Source of the DNA: Bacteroidota bacterium | Lineage (GTDB): Bacteria > Bacteroidota > Bacteroidia > Sphingobacteriales > Sphingobacteriaceae | Assembly: GCA_013286565.1 (NCBI GenBank) | Contig: JABDFM010000001.1 | Span: forward strand, 13,500-77,499 | Length of the DNA stretch: 64,000 bases | Direction of reading: 5' to 3' | Part shown: one piece after another, positions 10,348 through 18,600 of the stretch | Numbering within the stretch: the stretch's first letter is position 1 | How the letters are laid out: the number at the start of each line of letters is the position of its first letter | Program-made: the position numbers and the translations under genes | Notes under the pieces: model-generated | Databases searched by the model: none | Told to the model about the DNA's origin: nothing | Seen by the model: the letters and a program-made list of their open reading frames with translations, nothing else

Positions 10348-11112
10348 ATGATAGAAAACCTCAAAGCTTTCCTCGATTCCAAGGTTTCCCAATATAACCG
10401 CCTGGATTTTATAAAGAACGACCCGGTATCTATCCCGCACTTGTTTACTAATAAGCAGGATATCGAGATCATGGGTTTTTGGGCAGCAACTCTGGCTTGG
10501 GGGCAGCGGGTTACCATCATCAATAAATGCAAGGAATTGATCACCCTGATGGACGGCACGCCCTATGATTTCATTATCAATCATGAAGAGCCTGATCTGA
10601 AAAAGCTGCTGCATTTTAAACACCGGACGTTTAATGATATCGATACATTATATTTTATCTCTTTTTTCAGGTATCACTATTCTCAGCATGATTCATTGGA
10701 AGATGCTTTTATGCCCCTCGGTTCCCTAAGAGGGGTAGAAGAAGCACTCAATCATTTTAGAAGCTACTTTTTTTCATTGCCTGATTATCCCCATCGCACC
10801 AAAAAACACGTTTCCTCGCCATCACAGAAATCAACTTGTAAACGGTTGAATATGTTCCTGCGCTGGATGGTACGTAAGGATGGCTGTGGTGTTGACTTTG
10901 GCATCTGGAACAAACTCAAACCATCAGACCTGATCATGCCCTGCGATCTGCATGTCGACCGTGTGGCCCGTAAGCTTAAACTGATCACCCGCAAGCAAAC
11001 AGACTGGCAAACCGCTATAGAACTAACCGAACGTCTACGTGAATTTGACCCGCTCGACCCGGTTAAGTATGATTTTGCCCTGTTTGCATTGGGGATAGAA
11101 GAGAAGTTTTAA
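10348..11112 (+). CDS. TIGR02757 family protein (DUF2400)
   Basis: DPVSIPH, KRLNMFLRWMVR, D.HV.R, DPVKYDFALF motifs. Confidence 0.88.
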   Translation: MIENLKAFLDSKVSQYNRLDFIKNDPVSIPHLFTNKQDIEIMGFWAATLAWGQRVTIINKCKELITLMDGTPYDFIINHEEPDLKKLLHFKHRTFNDIDTLYFISFFRYHYSQHDSLEDAFMPLGSLRGVEEALNHFRSYFFSLPDYPHRTKKHVSSPSQKSTCKRLNMFLRWMVRKDGCGVDFGIWNKLKPSDLIMPCDLHVDRVARKLKLITRKQTDWQTAIELTERLREFDPLDPVKYDFALFALGIEEKF

Positions 11113-11117
11113 TTTTA

Positions 11118-11167
11118 GGATTACACCGATTTTTGTCCCGATAGCTATCGGGATGATTGCACCGATT
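11118..11167. repeat. Left arm of a ~50-bp inverted repeat, containing the 18-bp palindrome TCCCGATAGCTATCGGGA
   Basis: Palindrome at 11136-11153; the arm matches the reverse complement of 11555-11602. Confidence 0.85.
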
Positions 11168-11193
11168 TTATCTTTAAGCCATATATTAGTGGC

Positions 11194-11556
11194 ATGGAAA
11201 ACGAAAACCATTTATCAGATTTCTTAACCGGAAAATCCGAACACACCTTAATGCTGTTCCACCACTTTGTAAATGAGTTTGAAAAAGTGGGCGATGTAAC
11301 TTTGTACCCTGCTAAAACCATGATCGGTGTTGCTAATTCACATAAACGTGTTGCCTGGATCACGGCTTTAGGGAAAAACTTTATTCACGTGGTGTTCCCG
11401 TTTAAACAGCCTTACCCTGATAATTTATGCTTCCAGAAGATAACACAAGTGCCGGGAGATACCCAGTTCAACCATCACTTCAGGATGCTACAGAAAGAAG
11501 ATGTGAATGAGGAGGTAATTGAGTTTATGGGATTGGCTTACCGTGATGAATCGTAA
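11194..11556 (+). CDS. Small conserved protein (DUF5655-like)
   Basis: 120-aa ORF ending HHFRMLQKEDVNEEVIEFMGLAY, typical of DUF5655/YdhG-like folds. Confidence 0.65.
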   Translation: MENENHLSDFLTGKSEHTLMLFHHFVNEFEKVGDVTLYPAKTMIGVANSHKRVAWITALGKNFIHVVFPFKQPYPDNLCFQKITQVPGDTQFNHHFRMLQKEDVNEEVIEFMGLAYRDES

Positions 11557-11602
11557 TCTGTGAAATCATCCATAGCTATCGGGACTGAAATCAGTGTAAT
11601 CC
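11555..11602. repeat. Right arm of the ~50-bp inverted repeat
   Basis: Reverse complement GGATTACACTGATTTCAGTCCCGATAGCTATGGATGATTTCACAGATT aligns with the left arm, with a 2-bp deletion and a few substitutions. Confidence 0.85.
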
Positions 11603-11605
11603 CAA

Positions 11606-12664
11606 TTATGCTTCCTCCTTAAAAAATACCTTATAATAATTCATCGCTTTACCCTCATCAAACCCTTTCTCGATCAATTCTTTATCGCCGTGAATATAGA
11701 TATGGAAGTTCTTATCCAGCTTTAATACACTTTTATAAACCCGTTGTTGTTTCTTTACAGCATTACCTGATATCTCGAAGGTATCAGCTATCGGACTGTC
11801 AAATTCCTGCTCGTACTGGCTTTTAAAGCTTTTAAATGACGCAATAGCTTCGGGGTTGCCAATTACCTCACCGGCAAACTCGTCCATATCAAAGGTTTCC
11901 TTTTCCTTAAAATATTTCATCGATTTGTTCAGCAGGTCTATCTTATCCGCTTTGCTCAAATCAAATTCATCATCCAGTTTTTGAGTGACGAAGTTTTTAT
12001 AAATGCCGAGTGTGTTGTTAGTTTGGTTAAAGCTGTCGTTCCTGATCTTCAGTTGCAGAAACTCATCTTTCCAATAAGCAGCGGCATCCTGCCCGCGGTT
12101 GGTATGGTCAATCACTACTACTTTATAGCCGTTTTCCTTTTCGATATTAAAGATCAATACGCCTTTATCCAGTTTGTTGATATTGATGGCGTTCTCTTCA
12201 TAATCCATTCCAAAACCGCCCTGTTCGGGGTAAACTTTCAGATACGTTTCTTTATTCTCCGACTTAAAAATGCCTATAGCCTCCAATGGATTACCCTCTA
12301 TCTGTACTTTTCTGAAATAGGCCACATACAATTCGCCCGGTTTTATATTTGGGTGATTGGATACCTTGTACAAATGTTTGGCTATCTGCTCCGATATTTC
12401 GTGGAAACGGCTATTGTCGGCGAACACTTCCGAAGCAAAGTGATGAAGCTCATTCAGGCTAAGGTCGCCACTGCTGTGCATCAGGTGGTAGACCTCGTTT
12501 GCCTTTTCAAATGGCTTTAAAAAATACTGCATCAACAATTGCGGGATCACTTCATCCTTAAACGTGAGCGGTTGCTCAGATAAAGCATATAATTCGTTTT
12601 GCGATTGATTGCCAATGTGGTGGACAGAAACCGTATCCAGCGAAGCTTCAAAATAACTTACCAT
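11606..12664 (-). CDS. Nucleoid-associated protein (NA-37/YejK-like Bacteroidetes family)
   Basis: HHIGN N-terminus, HPNIKPGELYV, GIFKSENKE, KLDKGVLIFN, SVLKLDKNFHIYIHG. Confidence 0.82.
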   Translation of the reverse strand: MVSYFEASLDTVSVHHIGNQSQNELYALSEQPLTFKDEVIPQLLMQYFLKPFEKANEVYHLMHSSGDLSLNELHHFASEVFADNSRFHEISEQIAKHLYKVSNHPNIKPGELYVAYFRKVQIEGNPLEAIGIFKSENKETYLKVYPEQGGFGMDYEENAININKLDKGVLIFNIEKENGYKVVVIDHTNRGQDAAAYWKDEFLQLKIRNDSFNQTNNTLGIYKNFVTQKLDDEFDLSKADKIDLLNKSMKYFKEKETFDMDEFAGEVIGNPEAIASFKSFKSQYEQEFDSPIADTFEISGNAVKKQQRVYKSVLKLDKNFHIYIHGDKELIEKGFDEGKAMNYYKVFFKEEA

Positions 12665-12692
12665 AGTTGAGGCGAAAGTAAGAAATTATTGT

Positions 12693-13058
12693 TCATAGCG
12701 GCGGTTTTTCCGTTAGTCTTCCAATCCGTGAATCACCATGTACTATTAATTCACATACCCTGATAGTAGCTTCTTCCAGGTTCTCTGAATGGTCTGCTAT
12801 AAACAGCCAATTTCCGTATTGATCATCTCCCTTGATGGAAAAAGGGGCAATTTCGGGCACTTCATTTACCAGGTTTTTGTGATGCTCTTTGTTGGTAGCT
12901 ATCCAAATACCGTTCAGTTCGGGTTCATTATCGCGTTTACGGAGTATAAGCATGATTTTTTTACCGCGATAGATATAATGCATGCCAAACATTTTCTTTA
13001 CGATGATGTCTGCTGGCAGGTAATCCAGTATAAATTCATATGGAATAGGGTTGGCCAT
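12693..13058 (-). CDS. Hypothetical protein (TfoX-N-like)
   Basis: VKKMFG..YIY motif resembles TfoX N-terminal domains. Confidence 0.55.
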   Translation of the reverse strand: MANPIPYEFILDYLPADIIVKKMFGMHYIYRGKKIMLILRKRDNEPELNGIWIATNKEHHKNLVNEVPEIAPFSIKGDDQYGNWLFIADHSENLEEATIRVCELIVHGDSRIGRLTEKPPL

Positions 13059-13173
13059 GTATCCCAAAATTACAGTTTAATATTTTACACTGTTTGAATA
13101 AAAATCAGGTGTTAAATAACGATTTTTGCACTCTTAATGGTTAAAGTTAAAAATAACTGATTGCCAAAGACTA

Positions 13174-14544
13174 ATGACAAATATCAAAGAAGAAACCATC
13201 GTTGCTCTTGCTACACCCAACGGGATTGGCGCTATCGGCGTGATACGTCTATCGGGCCCGGATGCCATAACCATTGCAAATAGTGTGTTTAAAGGCAAGG
13301 ATCTGAGTAAACAGGCTTCGCACACCATCCACTTTGGACAAATCGTAGATGGTGAGGTGGTATTGGATGAGGTACTGGTTTCGCTATTCATTGCCCCCAA
13401 ATCATATACCCGTGAGAATGTGGTGGAAATATCTTGCCATGGATCAAATTATATTATTGAGTCCATCATCAAGCTGCTGATAAAAAATGGTGCGCGTTCG
13501 GCTAAACCGGGAGAGTTTACATTACGAGCTTTCATTAATGGGCAATTGGATCTATCGCAGGCTGAAGCCGTTGCCGACCTGATCGCCTCCAATTCAAAAG
13601 CATCACAACAGGTAGCCATGCAGCAATTGCGGGGCGGGTTTAGCACACAGCTTCAATCCTTGCGTGATCAATTGGTGACTTTTGCTTCGTTGGTTGAGCT
13701 GGAGCTGGATTTTTCGGAGGAAGATGTAGAGTTCGCCAACCGTGAACAATTACAACAACTGATCCATGATATCATGAAGGTTATCAGCAGGTTGATACAA
13801 TCCTTCAAGTTAGGCAACGCCATTAAACAAGGCGTAAATACCGTAATAGCCGGCAGACCGAACGCCGGTAAATCAACCCTGTTAAATACCTTGCTGAACG
13901 AGGACAGGGCGATTGTAAGCCATATACCCGGTACCACACGTGATACGATTGAAGAAGTGCTTAACATCAACGGCATCAATTTCAGGCTGATAGATACCGC
14001 GGGTTTGCGCGAAGCTACAGATACGATAGAACAAATAGGGGTACAACGGACGATGGAAAAGATCAGTCAATCAGCTCTACTGATCTATGTTTTTGATGCT
14101 GAAAAAATAACGATCAGTGACTTGAATAGCGATATAGCCAGTCTGCAAAGACCCAATATCCCGATGTTACTGGTGGCTAATAAAATAGACCTGCTTTCGA
14201 CAGAGCAAAAAACTGCATTGCCACATACAGATAGTTCCATCCTCATTTCGGCTAAAGAGAAACAGCACATAGACGAACTAAAAAATAAGATATACTACGT
14301 CGCTGTAAAGGAAAAGTTAAACGATGACGAAACATTAGTGACTAATATTCGTCACCTGGAAGCCCTGCAAAAAACAGAGGAAGCCCTTTTGCGCCTGCTA
14401 AATGGCATTGATACCCAGGTAACTTCCGATTTCCTGGCGATGGATATTAAACAAGCACTGCATTACTTAGGCCAGATCACCGGCGCAGTTACAACAGACG
14501 ACCTTTTAGATAATATTTTCAGTAAGTTTTGCATTGGGAAATAG
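13174..14544 (+). CDS. mnmE: tRNA modification GTPase MnmE
   Basis: TIVALAT, GRPNAGKS, GTTRD, DTAG, NKID; C-terminal FSKFCIGK. Confidence 0.98.
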   Translation: MTNIKEETIVALATPNGIGAIGVIRLSGPDAITIANSVFKGKDLSKQASHTIHFGQIVDGEVVLDEVLVSLFIAPKSYTRENVVEISCHGSNYIIESIIKLLIKNGARSAKPGEFTLRAFINGQLDLSQAEAVADLIASNSKASQQVAMQQLRGGFSTQLQSLRDQLVTFASLVELELDFSEEDVEFANREQLQQLIHDIMKVISRLIQSFKLGNAIKQGVNTVIAGRPNAGKSTLLNTLLNEDRAIVSHIPGTTRDTIEEVLNINGINFRLIDTAGLREATDTIEQIGVQRTMEKISQSALLIYVFDAEKITISDLNSDIASLQRPNIPMLLVANKIDLLSTEQKTALPHTDSSILISAKEKQHIDELKNKIYYVAVKEKLNDDETLVTNIRHLEALQKTEEALLRLLNGIDTQVTSDFLAMDIKQALHYLGQITGAVTTDDLLDNIFSKFCIGK

Positions 14545-14858
14545 GCCCCAAAAACAACGCCTAAAAACGCCCATCAACGACAAGTAAAATACTCACTGTT
14601 AGTAACTTATGGCTTTTAACCTTGTCGTAATTTAGCGAAAATTCGCTCTGTTTTTCGTAAATTTGTTACTATTCTGTAACTCGAAATCAATTTGTCTGAG
14701 CTAAGAAAATTTTAGGAGAAATTATGTCGCTTAAGGGTCTTATTTACCATTGTGGAGGCTTAATCATCTTTAAAGGAGAGTTGACCGGTTACTTCATTGC
14801 CAAAATTTGACGAATTCGGCGGTGAAATAACCTCAGTAGTTATCTCTCCGGTTAAGTC

Positions 14859-14881
14859 TCAACTGATTGATAATCAGTTGA
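14859..14881. promoter_or_regulatory. Palindrome upstream of the excisionase-like gene
   Basis: TCAACTGATT-GAT-AATCAGTTGA, a 10-bp perfect stem. Confidence 0.4.
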
Positions 14882-14949
14882 TTATGCGAAGGTATATTTT
14901 TGCCTTGGATTGCAGAAAAATAAATGAATAAACAAAACATCGGTAGATT

Positions 14950-15255
14950 ATGAGTTCAAATTTCACTGTAAACAAGGTGTGTGAGCATTGTGGAAATATT
15001 TTCAGTGCAAAAACAACAGTTACCCGATTCTGCAGCCACAGGTGCAACAGCAGAAATTATAAACAAAAGCTTCGTGAGGAAAAGATAACGGTATCTAATC
15101 AGGCTGTTCGCCAGGTGATCGGCCATAAGCTCGAAGAACTGACTAATCTTGAGTTCTTAAGTGTCAAAGCAGCTGCAAAGTTATTAGGTGCTTCAGATAA
15201 AATTGTTCATACGATGATCAAGTCGGGACGTTTGAAGACAACTAATCTATCTCAA
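14950..15255 (+). pseudogene. Truncated excisionase-like Zn-finger/HTH DNA-binding protein of mnmE-integrating elements
   Basis: CEHC..CSHRC cysteine cluster and an HTH_17-like segment [27 protein letters not shown]. After TTNLSQ the frame becomes non-protein-like and no integrase follows. Confidence 0.7.
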
Positions 15256-15583
15256 ACCCTGGGAATACCGCCACTATCTCGACATCAACTTGGGCCCGAA
15301 CGGCTATCAAATCGCCGAACGTGGCACCCAAGGCGACCTCTACCTACGCCTTTGGAACAAAGACGGCAGCATGATCCTCTGCGAACTCGGCAGCAATGTC
15401 CATGGCAACTCCCGCGCCGTCAAAACCTTAACCGAATATGGTTGGGAATACAAGGAAAATTCCTACGTAATAGGAGGGAAGAAGCAATTAGTCAAACTCA
15501 CCGGTAATGCTTTTATGGATTTTGAAAATTTGATAAGTGGGTTTAAAAAATTGCTCAAAAATGGATGTAATATCAACCTTTGA
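15254..15583 (+). pseudogene. 3' remnant of an unrelated gene fused at a deletion junction
   Basis: Open protein-like frame [19 protein letters not shown]...GCNINL with no good start, beginning where the HTH similarity ends. Confidence 0.5.
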
Positions 15584-15630
15584 TATTACTTATATAGCCT
15601 CGACAGTTTTCTGATATTAACTAACCTTGA

Positions 15631-18600
15631 TTAAAAGTTTGAAAATTTGAGTTGCCAGTTGATTGAGAAAACCGGAATGTTATTGTCCAATTTACTGAAC
15701 CATGTTATTTTTATAAATGGCGCGTAGCCTTTTATGTTAGGTGATAATGGATTAACGATCAGATCAAGGCCGAAGGCAGCTGGATTACTGATCACAGCTT
15801 GCCGTGACAGGATGACCAAGGCACTTATTTCCGCATATGCGGTATTGATATCGATGATCTCCTCGGCGGGCTTTGTCGGCGTATATTGCGCCAACAGGTT
15901 GTTGCCTTTCCGTTCATACACCAGCGCTTCGAACGGCCAGGTGGCCTGGTCAAAAAGATTGGCCAACAGCAGCCTGGTGGTGCCCGCAAGCTTTAAGGTG
16001 TTGGTTAATAAACCCGGCATATTACGTTGTGTGGGGTTATTAATGTAAGCATCTATCGATAACATGTCGACTTTCAGGTACTTGAAATAACTGAACATGT
16101 CGCCGATCTGCTGACTTTCTACATAATCGACGTTGAACGTCTGTATCCCATAGTCTATCCAACTGGAAAACGCCGAAGTCATTGTAAATTTCGGGTTGAT
16201 ATCATTTTTTGGCAGATTCTTTAAATCTGAACTTCTGTCAACATGCCGCCAGTTTCTTTTGATCCGCATGCGACATTTGAAATAGGACCAGGCGTCCGTT
16301 AAAACAGCGACGCGAATGAGAAATTTTCTGCCGGTGGCAGTAGCCGGCGTCGTGGGGATATCCTGTGGAAATACCTGGGTAAAAAGCACACCGCCGAGAG
16401 GTGCTATTCCGGATGGGGCATATAAGATGTTTTTACCACCTGGGTTGAACATCGAACTTTGACTATCTGCCTGATCAGGCAGATCCCCTCCGCTGGGCAC
16501 CAAGAGCGCGTTAACCGCGTCCCGCAAAAAATCAATGTTATTTGTAATATCAACGGCGCCTGCAATCGTCACTGTCGGCGGATGTGGGGCGCTGTTCTTG
16601 TGCGCATAAAAGTCGAAATTGGCCAGATAGGCATCGCTGATACTGCCGCTGGGGAAAAGTCCGCCTGGTGAACCGCTGCTTTCCATTGCCTGTTGACCTG
16701 GGGTGGTGGCACTGACGAGCACCTCGATCATATCGTTATTGAGCGATAGTTCTTCATCCCCCTCGACGATAAAAAAATAATTGTTTACATAAGCATCTAT
16801 TCTGCGCCAGGTATCATCTGTAGGCAAAGGATTTCCTGTCGTGAAAAGTTGATCGTTATAGTAAGTGTTTCCATCAAAGGTAAAGGAAGCCGGCGCATTT
16901 TTATCCAGGGCGACCAGCAGTGTTTTATTGGTATTGAGGATCAACTGCCATTCCTGGTCATCAGGAACGAAGGACTTAAAAATGGTTAGGGGCTCCTGGA
17001 CAACATTAGAAGCCGTAGCAAGGAAATTGACATTCTTAACGCTAACAGGCGTAACCGGGGCTTTGCGGGAGGGCAGCAGATAGTATTGAACGTTTCCACC
17101 CGCCTGCAGCCCTACGTTCCAGTCCGGGTTATAGTGTTTAGTAAATATCTGTGCGGTCCTTTGTGGAACTGTGGCGTTAAATGGCGTCTGATTTTGCAGG
17201 ACGTCTTCCGCTGTCCTGCCTTGTGTCGCTATCTGCGGCGCAGCTGCATCCCCGGGAACAATGACCGGACTGTCTGAAATGCTTTCGCTGATCTTAAATT
17301 CATCATCGTATAGCTCATCGTCCAAGACTTCCACAAAAAAACGATGAGTATCATTTTGTAAGAAATTATGGAAGTTAAACAAGCTGACATCATAGTTTTT
17401 GGCCGGATCAGTCAACAATTGGCTACTATCCCTGATATCTTTGATGAGCTGCAGCAAATACAGATCATTCATTTTTGGCTGAATTGCCGGAATGGCTCCC
17501 TCTGCCGAAAACAACCCTACGCCAAAGCCCTTGGCGGTGATAAACAACAATGGATTATCAATAAGCAACGAAGTAAAGGCGCTGACGATCGCAGGCAGGG
17601 TATTATGCGCTGCGTCATCTGTCAATAAAACGACTTCGGCTAACTCTGGGGGTACCGGAATAGCAGCGGCAGCCCGGTTATCTACATGATCAATCAATCC
17701 TGCCATTTTCACTGCTAACCCGCTCTGCAGCAATTGGCGGGCCTGGTTTTTTAGAGAAAGCAGGCCCTGCTCAGAGAGCCCGCTCGTGTCGAAAATAATA
17801 AAATCGTTAATATTGCCGGAGAAGCTTTCAGGATAACTTAGCCATGAGAGGATCGTTACGAGATATTCGGTCAGATCAGTCGTCGCCTGTTGGCTGCCCA
17901 TTTGCGGAAGCGGCATTAATGGAAGAAACGCATAAGGAACATAATACAACTGCGTATTCGTTACCGGTTTCCCGGCGAAATAGCCCGGGGCCGGAACATA
18001 GGCGAAAGAGGCCATCTCACCTAAAAGTTCTTTGATGTAATTACTACCGTCATTGACGGTCCGCAGCGCAGAATATTGGCTGGAATAAATATAAGCGGCC
18101 GAAGTGAACAGCTGGTTAGCCGGATTATTTGGGGGATAAATATAATCGGTTAAATATCTCCTGGCTTTGGGTAAGTTCTCAAAATCCGAGTTGGGCAGCT
18201 CGTTCCCCTGGTCATCTGTATAGTCCAAAGGCAACAGATCGCTGTCCTGGATCACCGGCGGCTGCCCGGCCGCTGCCGGAGGGAATAATTTGGCCACTGT
18301 TTTGTCGCTGACGCGGTTGATCCGCAGCGAGACCCTGATCACATCCGCACCGGTGATGCTCGCGATCTTTGCAGCCGGCACGATAAGTGTGACCGGGCTG
18401 ATGTTGGGCGGGGCGCTTACCATGCCTTTGAAAGTCAGAAAATCCGGCGCTGCAGTAGCCCAAGCGACCAGCGTACTGATATCGGTGCTGTCCTGAAAGG
18501 AATCGGTCAGCACCATTTGATTAATGATATTGGCCATTTTACCCGAAAGCTCGGGATGGGCGGCAAGGCCGGCCGGAACGATCCCCACCGAGTTATCAAA

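Noticed and set aside
14950-15507. 185-aa ORF as an intact gene
   Set aside because: The C-terminal ~80 aa is out-of-frame read-through past a probable deletion junction.
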